64,000 bases of DNA from a virus, in IMG/VR virus record IMGVR_UViG_3300025941_000016, positions 35,987-99,986 of that record; one strand, given 5' to 3'. A program made the position numbers and the translations under genes. Numbering within the stretch: position 1 is the first letter of the stretch; the number at the start of each line of letters is the position of its first letter. This document shows, piece by piece, positions 1 to 10,600 of this stretch. The notes below the pieces were generated by a model. The model searched no databases, was not told the DNA's origin, and worked only from the letters and a program-made list of their open reading frames with translations.

Positions 1-614
1 AACTCGCCGCCGAACTCGACTCCGACGAGAAGGCGGGCGCCGCCCTCGACCCGCCCAAGTTCAGGCAGGCGATCCAGCGCCTACGGGCCACAGCCGCCGA
101 GGTACGCGCCAATCCTGACCGTCTCGCCGCCGCGCTCGCACTCGGCGGCCCCATCCCCACCGTTAGCGGAAAGGACAGCGACGACATGACCCTCTACGGC
201 GACGATGGCGAGCCTATGGCTAATCGGCGATGGTCATACGACCACATCGGCCACGGCCTACCAGCCGACCTACCATCGACCATCGACGGCGTGCCCGTCT
301 CGTTCGGCCACAGTGTCGACGCCTTCACTGCCGACGGCCGTGCCCTGTCGATCGCAGGCCCGGTCGTCGAGCCCGCCTTCGCCCATGGTGAAGGCAGCAA
401 CGCGACCCACACCCGTGTCAGCTACTGGACGATGCCCAACCTGCGGGAGCATGGCTTCGAGGCTGTCTCGGCGGGTCTCCATGAGATCAATGTCTGCACC
501 CCGGAGGGTGTGACACCTTCGGCCGATGTGCTGGCCGCGGTGTGCAGGCTAGCGATGACTCAGCCGGCGGCGGACAGGGAGCGCCGGCAGTCGAAGTACG
601 ACGTCCACGCCTGA
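1..614 (+). CDS. Hypothetical protein, 5'-truncated
   Basis: The frame of ORF 186..614 is open back to position 3 (LAAELDSDEK...) with high GC3. It converges on the end of the late operon. Confidence 0.6.
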   Translation, partial: LAAELDSDEKAGAALDPPKFRQAIQRLRATAAEVRANPDRLAAALALGGPIPTVSGKDSDDMTLYGDDGEPMANRRWSYDHIGHGLPADLPSTIDGVPVSFGHSVDAFTADGRALSIAGPVVEPAFAHGEGSNATHTRVSYWTMPNLREHGFEAVSAGLHEINVCTPEGVTPSADVLAAVCRLAMTQPAADRERRQSKYDVHA

Positions 615-620
615 CGTGAC

Positions 621-2096
621 TCAGGCGGCGAGCATCTGGGGTCCGGCCTTCACCTTCGGCACGGTCACCCCGGCGAGCCCAGCGGCCACCGTGTTGCCGG
701 AGATCGTGTTGCCGCCAGCCCCACCAGACCATGTGCCGGTGAGCTGTCCGGGCGCCACGTCACAGTAGTTGCCGCTCACCGTGTTGTACATCGACCGTCG
801 GGCGTCAGCCCTGTCGCCGCCGTTCTGGTCCAGGTAGATCGTGATGCTGGCCGGGTTGCCCCAGAGGTAGTTGCCCGTCGCACTGTCGTGGTTGCTGGAC
901 TGGATGACGAGCCCGGCCGCGCGCCACGGGTCGAGCCTCGCGCCCTTGCCGTTACCGGCGATCAGGTTGCCGGAGAACGTGTTGTTCCCGCCGGTCTCGT
1001 CACACAGGCCCGAGCCGTAGTTGCTGTAGATCAGGTTGCCGACGAACGCGTTTCCGCTGCTCGGGCTGGCCGACACATGGTCGCCGGTCAGTCCGCAGCT
1101 CACGTCCATCCACAGCCCCGGGCCGCCGATACCGCCATAGGAGATACCGGCCGGGTTCGCCTTGTGGATCAGATTGCCGGTCCACGTCGCACCGGTCATC
1201 AGCGCCATTTTGATCCCGCCATTGTCACCAGGTCCGGTGTCGACCGCGGCGGAAGTGAAGTTGGCGTAGAACTGGTTGTAGCGAACCGTCGACCCTGCGC
1301 CGCCGCCCATGATCCCGTGCGCCTGGTTGTGGTGCACCGTGCAGTTCTCGATCAGCGACCGGTCGCCCAGCCCGAAACCGGTGTAGGAGCCGGCCAGCTC
1401 GCAGTTCGCCACATGCCAACCGGCCGCGCCCGGACGGGCACCCCGGCCGTTCGACTCGATCGCCGAGTAGTAGTAGCCGACCGGGGACTTGCCGCTACAC
1501 CCCTGGACGGTCATGTTGAAGATCCCGACACCTGTGGCCGACGAGTCTGGGTTCGTCCACCACACGTTGTTCGTGATCGTGAGGCCCGCGCCCTGGCCGT
1601 AGAACTGCTGCCCCGCCTTCGGGTACACGACAGACGGGCCCGTGTAGGTCCCTGCGGCCAAGGCGAACACAGTCCCCGCAGGGTTGGCCTGCGCAAAGCT
1701 GTTGATGTTCGCCCCGGCGGGGATCGGCACAGCCCCCGACGGGATCGCCAGCGGGGCAGGCATCAGCACCCGGTCCGGCCATGCCGACGTGTCCGCCAGG
1801 TTCGTCGTGCCACCCCAGTAGACGCCATCCGCCGGAGGCGGAGTCGAGCCGCCCCCGGAACCGCCTGAGCCGCCCGAACCGCCGGTACCGCCCGAACCCG
1901 AACCGCCAGGCTGCGGCGGCGCCACCATCTGCGGCAGCCACAGCACCGACGACCCCTCGGCCACCACCCACACCGAGTCGCCCACCGACGGAGGCGTAGA
2001 GCCGGGCGCCGCGGACACGGCGGGCTGCGGGGCGATCTGCACCGACGGACGGCCCTGCGAATCGACCGACACCACGATGCCCTGAAAGACGCTCAT
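621..2096 (-). CDS. Right-handed beta-helix tail spike/depolymerase-like protein with short OB-fold-like N-terminus
   Basis: ATG at 2096 after GGAGG. N-terminus MSVFQGIVVSVD...PSVGDSVWV, then a Gly/Ser linker and Asn-ladder repeats (GNLIYSNYGSG, GNLIAGNG). Paralogous to the domain inside 3234..7634. Confidence 0.75.
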   Translation of the reverse strand: MSVFQGIVVSVDSQGRPSVQIAPQPAVSAAPGSTPPSVGDSVWVVAEGSSVLWLPQMVAPPQPGGSGSGGTGGSGGSGGSGGGSTPPPADGVYWGGTTNLADTSAWPDRVLMPAPLAIPSGAVPIPAGANINSFAQANPAGTVFALAAGTYTGPSVVYPKAGQQFYGQGAGLTITNNVWWTNPDSSATGVGIFNMTVQGCSGKSPVGYYYSAIESNGRGARPGAAGWHVANCELAGSYTGFGLGDRSLIENCTVHHNQAHGIMGGGAGSTVRYNQFYANFTSAAVDTGPGDNGGIKMALMTGATWTGNLIHKANPAGISYGGIGGPGLWMDVSCGLTGDHVSASPSSGNAFVGNLIYSNYGSGLCDETGGNNTFSGNLIAGNGKGARLDPWRAAGLVIQSSNHDSATGNYLWGNPASITIYLDQNGGDRADARRSMYNTVSGNYCDVAPGQLTGTWSGGAGGNTISGNTVAAGLAGVTVPKVKAGPQMLAA

Positions 2097-2117
2097 CGCG
2101 CACCTCCGGCGGCGAAC

Positions 2118-2154
2118 ACAGAAAAGCCGGATGCCTACGAAAGGCAACCGGCTT
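2118..2154 (-). terminator. Intrinsic terminator-like hairpin
   Basis: Minus strand reads AAGCCGG-TTGCCT-ttcgt-AGGCA-TCCGGCTT followed by TTCTGTGTT. Confidence 0.6.
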
Positions 2155-2197
2155 GAAGAAAGGGGTTAGCGTTGCCGCGCCGACTCTCGCCCGGCAT

Positions 2198-2665
2198 TCA
2201 TTTCTCGCAGCCGAGCTTCCGCGCCGCGTCAGCGTGGGTTGTCACAACCCGTCGCGCCAACGGGCTGGACGTCGGCGACAGCGTCACATGGCCAACCGCG
2301 TCAAACGCGACACAACTCGCATCCCGCTGCTGCTGAAGTTGTGCGATCGACTGCCGGGTGCTGTGCACATACAGCCCCACAAGAGCAGCCAGCAGCGCCG
2401 CGAGGACAAGACCGGCGATCCTGAACCGGCGGCGCACTGCGACCCGGTCAGCTTCCACCTCGGTCAGCGGCGCCGACTCGTCCCCTACCCGCTTCACCTC
2501 GGCTGCCTGCTCGGCGAGACGCCGCTCATATTCGGCCCGGTCGCGTTCGGACTGCTCCCGGGCATGGTCGATAGCCCGCTGCAAGGCGCTCGTATCACCG
2601 GCGAGCCGGTCTATCGACGCACGCAGCTCAGCGAGTTCGGGGGCGAGGTCACGCGGCGCCGTCAT
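2198..2665 (-). CDS. Membrane protein with coiled coil (lysis-cassette accessory)
   Basis: Coiled-coil N-terminus and one TM helix (IAGLVLAALLAALVGLYV); overlaps the upstream gene. Confidence 0.6.
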   Translation of the reverse strand: MTAPRDLAPELAELRASIDRLAGDTSALQRAIDHAREQSERDRAEYERRLAEQAAEVKRVGDESAPLTEVEADRVAVRRRFRIAGLVLAALLAALVGLYVHSTRQSIAQLQQQRDASCVAFDAVGHVTLSPTSSPLARRVVTTHADAARKLGCEK

Positions 2666-2837
2666 CCCGACCCCCTTCCGGTTCGTCGTCGAGCGCGCCG
2701 AGCAACTGCCGCAACTCGGCGATCCCGTCGTCTATCCGCTGCCGCATTTCGTGGGCCTGCCGTAGGAGATCCCTCATAGCCCGCAGCCGGTTCACGGTGG
2801 CTGGTGGGAGCAGTGGGCGGTCGGCGAGGGCCATCAC
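2649..2837 (-). CDS. Small helical hypothetical protein
   Basis: Overlaps both neighbours; has a GTGA start/stop overlap with the upstream gene. Confidence 0.55.
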   Translation of the reverse strand: MMALADRPLLPPATVNRLRAMRDLLRQAHEMRQRIDDGIAELRQLLGALDDEPEGGRDDGAA

Positions 2838-3214
2838 GATGTGCCCGCCCTCCGGTTGAGCGCTGCGACATATTCGCGCGAAATCTCAGCGGTACGGGTG
2901 AGCGCTGGAACAACCTCGTCCCGCACAAACGCATTCGACGCGTCAACACCTGCGCGTAGCGCGGCGATTTCCCGCTCGTGGGCCGCGATCGTCTGATCTT
3001 TGGCGCTAATTTCCCGCCGGTGGGCCGCATCCCGGGCGTCAAGCTCCGCCTGGTGGGCGGAGTCCTGCCGGGACACCACCCACCCGGGAACCAGCATCCT
3101 TGTCAGCAGCAGAACGACGACAATCCCGAGCACCCCGTAGCCGAGGACTTGGGACAGCACATCCGCCGGAGGGCTGTCTGCGGCGACAGCGGCAGCGGCG
3201 AGGACGGCGAACAT
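2834..3214 (-). CDS. Holin-like membrane protein
   Basis: ATG at 3214. Hydrophobic segment VLGYGVLGIVVVLLLTRMLVPGW followed by a coiled coil; sits right after the tail genes. Confidence 0.55.
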   Translation of the reverse strand: MFAVLAAAAVAADSPPADVLSQVLGYGVLGIVVVLLLTRMLVPGWVVSRQDSAHQAELDARDAAHRREISAKDQTIAAHEREIAALRAGVDASNAFVRDEVVPALTRTAEISREYVAALNRRAGTS

Positions 3215-3233
3215 AGGCGTCCGTTCCGAATGG

Positions 3234-6200
3234 TCAGTCGGGTAGGACAGGGGACAGTTGGCAGGTGACCTTCCACGACTGGCCGTCCGGCTCCACGCTG
3301 ATGGAATGCGAAAGCGCGTCCACATAGCCGTTGAACGTCCACGAAGGCGCACCCACGGGCCGCAGCACAACCTGGTTCAGATCGGAAATGTCCATCGACA
3401 GCGCCACGGTGAACAGGTCGTCCGGGTTCGCCGACGGCTCGAATCTGAACGCGGACAGCCGAGTCCGCGGCGACGAATACTGGCGGAGCAGCAGTTGGGC
3501 ACGTTGCGCCGCGTCCTCATCAAAACCGGTTCTGATCGTCTGCGTGAAGGTCCGCGGAAAGTATTTCGTCATCGACGCCGAGTCGGAAACACTCGCCAAC
3601 GCCCCACCATCGCGGGTCACCGAAACCTGGTTGTACACATAGGTCGGGTCGGTGTCCGTTTCCAACCCGTCCAGCTCGTAGGGCAGACCAGTAGCCGGGT
3701 CGAACACGTTCACCGGAGTGGCCTGCGACGGCCGGTAGGAACGGTCCTCGAAGCAGGGCGCCCCGTCGGCCAGACTGTACACTTGGCCTTTGTCGGCATC
3801 GCCCTGGTCTTGGATCGAATCCAGCGCAGACTGGCCGCCCAGCCCGGACAGGCCGAAGGTCCCCGCCGAACCGGCATAGGTCCGGCCAGGCATGACCGAC
3901 CTGAGGTTCTTCGGCCATCCCCAATAGTTCAGAACCCGGTCGACACGTTCCCCGGTAGTTTCAGGAACATAGCCGGCCGCCGGGCCATAGCCGCCGTACA
4001 CACCGACGACCCAGTGAGCGTTGACCCGCGTTTCGGTGAGTTCCTTGTTGTAGAATGCGACATGGGAGACGAATCCGTTGTACTGGTTGGCGGTCGCTGT
4101 CGTCCCGATCCAGTCGCCGCCGATAACCGTGTGGGCCACCGGGTTGCCGAAACTCGCCGTCCCCTGCCACAGATACTCGTGGGTCCCATCGGTCAGCCAA
4201 CCGGCATAGTTGCCCGCATACAAGGTGATCACACCCGTGTAGCTGACGGTCACAGCCGCATAGTTGCCAAAGCCGCCTCCCAACAGAATGCCGCCCGACG
4301 ACTCGTAGACCTTCGTCCCGCCGACATACAGGGTGAGCTGCTGGGCGACAGTCCGACCCACCATGATCTCGATGCCTGTTTTGTTACCGGAGCCGTCGAG
4401 ATGGCAGAAAATCGGCGCCGAGGTTGGGGTCGTCGTTCCGTCCTGGCCGAAGAACAGGTCCATCGACCACGGGCCGCCCATAAAGTTCGCGTCGTTCCCC
4501 GCAGACAGGTCCAACACATCTGCCTGATAGGGGAAGCTCGTCGACGCGGACGGGTTGAGCCGCAGCGCAGCCCCCCCGTCGAAAATGATCGTCTGGCCGC
4601 CGAACGTCGACTTGCCGCCGCCCGCCGACGCGGACACCAGCTTCGCCAGCGACCCGGCGGCCGCCACATCCCCAGCGCCACCGGCCGACGCCGATTCGGC
4701 CAGCGGGTAGAACGCCACCGGCCCGTCGAGCAGCACTTCCTGCTCGTAGGTGGTCCGCATCGTGCCCTGGCTGAGTGCGGCCAGGGAATCCACACAGGTG
4801 ATCTCCGGAAGGGACAGTGATGGTGTGACCCAGGTCTGCGGCCACCGCTCGACAAACCCGGCCCACAGCGGGTAACGCAAACCCCGCCAGATCGCAGTCA
4901 CTCGGATCGGGACCAGCGGCACAAGATCCGGCGAATACGGCCCGGCAGTGTTGGTCGGGTCGAACCGGCCGCCCGAGTTGTCGACAATGATCGACGCGGT
5001 GCCAGCCTCGAACCTGTCCAACTCGTACTGTCGGGACGCCCGGTTCAACTCCAAGCCGCGGACATAGCGGGAGATGTCCGTCCACGGGACCGCCGACGTA
5101 CATTCGATGCCAGCGATGACGTGCTGCTCACCTGCGGCGAGCCCCACCCAGCCGACGACCAGGTTCAGCCGGGACGCCCCAGCTGCGGGTGTCGAGGTGA
5201 TGGTGACGGTTGTCCACCCGGTCGCCGAGTCGGCGAACGTCTCCACATCCTGGTTGGTGGAGGTCGCATTGGCTGCGTCTGCCCACTCGGCGGTCACACC
5301 ACCGAACCGCGGCGACAGCCCGGCGCGAACCCGCAGGGTGATCGTGTACTCGACGCCGGGGATGATGGTCCCCGCGTCGGTGATCAGTAGCACCCCCGCA
5401 GCACCGTCGGTCAGGGCGGTGACCAGCAGGCAGTTACGCCACGGCGCCGGGGCGAAGTTCTGCCCCCACAGCAGGCTGGAGTTACCCGAAGTGCCCCACC
5501 GTCCGATCGACCGTGAGAACGTCGCCGAGTCGCCAACGATCGGCGGGTAGGCCAACGGCGACGCCGGATCCAACCCGAATCCAGCCTCGACAACCACCTG
5601 GGGCCACAGCGTTGACCCGACGGTGCCGATCCCGCCGCCGCCAACACCCCCACCTCCGCCACCGCCACCGCCACCACCTCCGCCGCCACCTGTGGGGGCT
5701 GCGGGGACGATCTCGAAGACGATCCACGACAGATCCCCGAAGGGCGCCGTGGTCGCGATCTCCATCGTCGTCCCGGCGGACACCGGTGAGGTGTAGGACA
5801 AGACGGCGCCGGTCATCGACCCGGTGATCGACGAATAGCGGCTGCCAGGTGAGACGGTGGGTGCGCCGGAGCCCGACAGGTCGGCGTAGATCGCCCACAG
5901 TTGGGAGCCGGTGCGGGTGCAGGTCATCGACTGGGCCATGAGCGACGACGGACCCGACGGGGTGCCACCCCCACCGCCGGTACCTGTGCCGGTGGTTGCC
6001 TGCGGACCGGCGAGCAGGGTCGGAACGGTGACTCCGGAGAATCCGCCGACGACCGTGTTCCCGGAGATCGTGTTGTTTCCCGAGCCGCCGGACCAGTTAC
6101 CGGTGATCTGCGCGGGGGCAACGTCTAGATGGTTACCGATGACAGAGTTGTTCTTCGACCGGTTGGCGTCGGCCCGGTCGCCACCCGTCTGATCCATGTA

Positions 6201-7634
6201 GATGATGACGGAACTTCCGCCGTTGTTCCAAATGTAGTTGTTCTGGACCGTGTCATGGTTGGACGACTGGACGGCGATTCCACATCTGCGGAAGCCGTCA
6301 AGGCCGCTGCCGTACGCATTGCCGACGATCAGGTTGTTCTTGAAGACGTTGTTTCCGCCGGTTTCGTCGCAGATGCCACCCGAATAGTTCGAGTAGATGA
6401 TGTTACTATCGTAGACGTTCCCGAACGCCGGATAGTTCCCAGTCCTGTCGGCCAGGTTGATACCGCAGGAGACATCCTGCCAGACACCGTGGCCGCCAAT
6501 GCCACCGTAAGACCCGCCGTTTCCATTGCCCTTGTGGATCAGATTGCCGATCCACGTGGCACCGGTCTGCAACGCCATTTTGACGTTCGAGTCGTCCGCG
6601 CCCGAATCGTAATAATTATTCTGGCCGGGGGTCAGGTTGAAAAAGAACTGGTTGTACCGGATGATCGAGCCCTGCTCGCCGTCACCGATAGCCTTGCCAC
6701 CGTTGTGATGCAGCGTGCAGTTCTCCAGGATGAAGTTCGGCCCGAGCTGAATGCCAATGTAACAGTTGGTGATCTCGCAGTTGGCCACATGCCAACCGCT
6801 GGCAGTCTGGTTCTCCGAGAAACACGAGTCGATCGCACCGCGCTGCGAGGTGTTCGGACCCACATCGCGCAACGTCAGATTGAAAATGCCAATGTTCGTG
6901 GTGGCCGAGCTTCCCCGGTGAATCTGAATGTTCGACAGGATCGTTTTACCGGCGCCCTGGCCGTAGAACTGCTGACCTGGGTTAGGAACGATCGTGTAGC
7001 CGCCGCTGTAGGTTCCAGCGTCGAGGACGAACACAGTCCCCGCGCCGTGGCTCGACGCGGCCGACGCGATATTCGATCCGAGCGGAATACGCACCGCACC
7101 CGACGGGATCGGCAGCGCCGATGGCATGATGACCGAGTTAGGGTAGGCGGTCGTGTCATTGACGTTCGTCGACCCGCCGTAGTAGTTGCCGGTGCTGCTA
7201 CTTCCGCCGCCCGACGAGCCGCTGGAGCCCGACCCCGAACCGGACGATGGGTTCCCAACACCAGTCACATGCTGCGGGAACGTCGCCGCCAGATCAGCGC
7301 CTGTAAACACCAGCACTTGGACAAACTTCGCACGACTGTTATCCGATGCGCCGACAACTGTCACCGTCCGCGGCGCCGCCGCCGTCGCGATCGTCGCCCA
7401 AAAATCGACCTCGGCGGTTGTCGACGTCGGCGCCCGCCAATCCCAGCGGGGCCAGTCCAACCTGCCCGAGTCGAACGCGAACGCGCCAACCGTCGTCCCA
7501 TCGGCGCGGGGCGCCATCGCCGCGAGAATGACAACAACCGACCCAGCCGGAGCGGTAAACGTGGCTGTCGTCGCGTTGCCTGTCGCCACGTAGACCGCGG
7601 GCGGGGACGACGGGTCGACAGCGAGAGTCATCAC
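3234..7634 (-). CDS. Multidomain tail-tip protein (beta-sandwich, inserted beta-helix, CBM-like, hub-like, LamG)
   Basis: 1466 aa, directly downstream of the tape measure gene. Hub-like motif WTDISRYVRG...LDRFEAGTASIIVDNSGGRFDP; LamG-like YEQEVLLDGPVAFYPLAE...GFVSHVAFYNKEL; Gly-rich linkers. Confidence 0.85.
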   Translation of the reverse strand: MMTLAVDPSSPPAVYVATGNATTATFTAPAGSVVVILAAMAPRADGTTVGAFAFDSGRLDWPRWDWRAPTSTTAEVDFWATIATAAAPRTVTVVGASDNSRAKFVQVLVFTGADLAATFPQHVTGVGNPSSGSGSGSSGSSGGGSSSTGNYYGGSTNVNDTTAYPNSVIMPSALPIPSGAVRIPLGSNIASAASSHGAGTVFVLDAGTYSGGYTIVPNPGQQFYGQGAGKTILSNIQIHRGSSATTNIGIFNLTLRDVGPNTSQRGAIDSCFSENQTASGWHVANCEITNCYIGIQLGPNFILENCTLHHNGGKAIGDGEQGSIIRYNQFFFNLTPGQNNYYDSGADDSNVKMALQTGATWIGNLIHKGNGNGGSYGGIGGHGVWQDVSCGINLADRTGNYPAFGNVYDSNIIYSNYSGGICDETGGNNVFKNNLIVGNAYGSGLDGFRRCGIAVQSSNHDTVQNNYIWNNGGSSVIIYMDQTGGDRADANRSKNNSVIGNHLDVAPAQITGNWSGGSGNNTISGNTVVGGFSGVTVPTLLAGPQATTGTGTGGGGGTPSGPSSLMAQSMTCTRTGSQLWAIYADLSGSGAPTVSPGSRYSSITGSMTGAVLSYTSPVSAGTTMEIATTAPFGDLSWIVFEIVPAAPTGGGGGGGGGGGGGGGVGGGGIGTVGSTLWPQVVVEAGFGLDPASPLAYPPIVGDSATFSRSIGRWGTSGNSSLLWGQNFAPAPWRNCLLVTALTDGAAGVLLITDAGTIIPGVEYTITLRVRAGLSPRFGGVTAEWADAANATSTNQDVETFADSATGWTTVTITSTPAAGASRLNLVVGWVGLAAGEQHVIAGIECTSAVPWTDISRYVRGLELNRASRQYELDRFEAGTASIIVDNSGGRFDPTNTAGPYSPDLVPLVPIRVTAIWRGLRYPLWAGFVERWPQTWVTPSLSLPEITCVDSLAALSQGTMRTTYEQEVLLDGPVAFYPLAESASAGGAGDVAAAGSLAKLVSASAGGGKSTFGGQTIIFDGGAALRLNPSASTSFPYQADVLDLSAGNDANFMGGPWSMDLFFGQDGTTTPTSAPIFCHLDGSGNKTGIEIMVGRTVAQQLTLYVGGTKVYESSGGILLGGGFGNYAAVTVSYTGVITLYAGNYAGWLTDGTHEYLWQGTASFGNPVAHTVIGGDWIGTTATANQYNGFVSHVAFYNKELTETRVNAHWVVGVYGGYGPAAGYVPETTGERVDRVLNYWGWPKNLRSVMPGRTYAGSAGTFGLSGLGGQSALDSIQDQGDADKGQVYSLADGAPCFEDRSYRPSQATPVNVFDPATGLPYELDGLETDTDPTYVYNQVSVTRDGGALASVSDSASMTKYFPRTFTQTIRTGFDEDAAQRAQLLLRQYSSPRTRLSAFRFEPSANPDDLFTVALSMDISDLNQVVLRPVGAPSWTFNGYVDALSHSISVEPDGQSWKVTCQLSPVLPD

Positions 7635-7664
7635 ATGCTCCCGCTGTCGACGCCGACGTTCAGA

Positions 7665-10600
7665 TCAGACCCCTGCGATACGGGCCAGACCGTTGCTGGG
7701 GTTACGGCGGTTGTACCGGAGGGATTGCTTCTGGGTGGACTTGAAAACCTTCTGGCCGTCGATGACGACATCGGACGCCTGCACCGTCAGGTTGATCGTG
7801 ATGCCGCCTCCGCCGCCCGACGGCTGCATCCCCACCCAGCCGCCGGACGCCTTCCCGCCGGCCAGAATCGACTTGGTCTCGTTGGCCGGATGGATGTAGG
7901 CGGGTGCGCCGAACACGGCCAGCTCCGGGCCACGCTCACCGACAAGCACCGCCTGGCCGACGGGCGGGGAACCACCCTCGGCAAACGGGGCAATCTTGTT
8001 CAGGGTGCCGACGAACCCGCCGACCGCCTTGGCGACACCACCGATACCTCCGGTGATGGTGCTGATCGCATGACCGATCGAGTCGAAGATCGGTTTGAGG
8101 ACACCCCAGATCGTGGTAACCGTGGTCTTGATCCCACCCCAGATCGTGTCCCAGGTGATTTTGAGGGCGCGGAGCGCGGCACCGATCGCCGTGTCAAGCG
8201 CCCCGCCAATCGCGTTGAACGTCGGCGACAGGAACGACGTCCACACCGTGGACACGGCAGTGTGGATCGCCCCCCAGATCGTATTCCACGTGGTCTGCAA
8301 AGCACGCAGCCCAAACCCGATCACAGCGTCGAACGCCGAAGCGATCGCATGGAACGTTGGCGACAGGAAACCATTCCAGATCGCGGAGAGGGCTGTTTGA
8401 ATAGCACCCCACACGGCGTTCCATGTCGCCTGGAGCAGACGCAGCCCGAAGCCGATGACCGCGTCGAACGCTGTTGCGATCGCGTGGAACGTGGGCAGCA
8501 GTACCGAGTTCCACACAAACGACACGGCGGTGCCAAGCGCCGACCAGATCCCGTTCCAGATCGCCTGAGCTAGGCGAAGGTTACCGATGATGAACGTTTC
8601 GACGCCTGAGGCAATCGCATGGAAGGCGGGCAGCAGCACCGAGTTCCACACCCAGTTGACTGCGGTTCCGAGCGCATTCCAAACGGTTCGCCAGGCAGTT
8701 TCCAGCCAGCGGATCGCCGTTCCAATCGTGCCGGTGACGACCGAGGCAACACCCTTGCCGAACGGTTCGAGCACGTTGTGCCAGAACCAGAGGACCGCCT
8801 TGCCGATCGCCCGGTAGGCGATCTCCCAGGCCAGAATCTGCAACCGGATCGGCAGCAGCAGAAGGTTGATCGCCTTCGCGATGGCCTTGAGGATCGGCTC
8901 CAGGAAATGCCAGGTGGCGAGCGCTGCTGTTCTGATCGCACCCCACGTGACCCGGGCCGCGGTCGTCAAAGCGCCTGTAACGGCCCGCCAGGCGGTTTCA
9001 ACCCCACCCACGGTCGCCCGAAATGCTGAGACGAACGGGCGAGCGACGGCCGACAGGAATGAGATTGTGGCCCGCCACGCTGTCGACAGTGCCGATCCGA
9101 CCGCGCGCCAGGCGGTGACGATCCCACCCCATGCCGCCTTGAGGCCGCCGATCATGCCGTTCCAGCCGGCGACGAAAAACCCGGAGACGGCACGCCACGC
9201 GGTTACCAGCGCGCCGATGGTCGCCGACCAGGCGATTTTGAGTGCGTCCCAGACCGCCAGTGCGGCGGTTTTCATCGCACCCCAGACGGTCGACCAGTGC
9301 TTGACGAGTTCGTAGATGGCGAAACCGAGCAGCGCCAGAGCCGCGACGATGAGAATCACGATCGCTGTGATCGGTGCGGCGGCGACCTCTGCGCCGACCA
9401 GGGCAATCCCGAGCGCAACAACAGCCTCAATCACACCGTAGATCCACATGGCGACGGAAAGTGCCATGAGGGCCGCGAACGCTATAACAATGCCCTTCGT
9501 AAGGTTCTGGTGGCTCGCGAAGAACTTGGCGATCGCTTCTAGCTTCGGAATCAGCCAGTTGCCAAGCTGGATCATCAGCGCCTTGGCGGACATCTCCAGT
9601 TGCTTCAACTGCTGGGAAAACGAGTTCGCCTGCGTGGACGCGAACGCCTTGTTGATGTCGCCGGTCGCGGAGCCGGCAGCCTTGACCTTCTCCGTGTAGA
9701 CCCCGTAGGCGCCGATCATGTCGGAGATCGAGTTGCCGCCCTTGGTCCCGAACATGCTGGTCAGGGCGATCTGCTTCTTCAGATCGGCTTCCTTGCCCGA
9801 GCCGTACAGCTTGTCGAGCGACATCTTGATGTCACCGATAGCCTTCGGCAGGCCGCCTGTCGTAATGTCTTTCGACAGCTTGTCTACGGACAGGCCCATC
9901 TCGTTGAAGTATTTCGGTGCCGTCGCCGCGGGATGCAGCAGATACTTCATAGTGTTCGTCATCGCCGTGCCGGCAGCGGCGCCGCGAAGGTTCATGTCAC
10001 CGAACAGGGCGAGAGACGCCGTCACATCGGTGATCGACAGGCCATAGTTCTTCCAGATCGCGACATTGCCCTTGCCGAAGGCGTCGGACATGTCCTGCAT
10101 CGACATGTCGCCCTCACCGACAGCAGCAACGAGCTGACCGGCCGCCTTGGAAAGGTTTTCCATCCCGGGCAGGCCGGAGACCATCGCCGCGTCGAGGGCG
10201 TTGGTTACGTCGACCAGGTTCGCCCCGGAGACCGCGGCGGCCTTACCGGCGATCGTCAGGACATCCATCGCCTTCGGGGCGCTGCTCCCCATCGACTTCG
10301 TGGCGGCCTCGACGTGGAGCAGCGCTTCGGCAAGCGAATCCGGGTCTTGGCCGATTTTGCCGGCCAGGGCGAGCACCTGACCCTTGAGTGCGTTGACCTG
10401 TGGCATGGTCATGCCCAACTGGGAGTTGAGCTTGACCATCTCCTTGTCAAAGTCGGCGGCCATTTTGACCGACTCGGCTCCGACGGCAATGAACGCGACG
10501 GCAGACGCTTTACCGAAGGCGGTGACGGCCTTGCCCATGGCGGCGACGGCCTTCTCCCGCGACGCGGCAATCTTCGCGTCCGCGGCAGCCTGCGCGGCTA

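Noticed and set aside
5630-5700. (CCG/CCA)n tract as a contingency repeat
   Set aside because: It encodes a poly-Gly linker with mixed codons.
621-7200. Duplicated beta-helix as a DGR template/variable pair or an invertible shufflon
   Set aside because: There is no reverse transcriptase, the differences are not adenine-specific, the copies share orientation, and no invertase is adjacent.
8190-8660. Periodic DNA repeats that could suggest a CRISPR array
   Set aside because: They are degenerate in-frame coding repeats of the tape measure protein, with no spacers and no cas genes.
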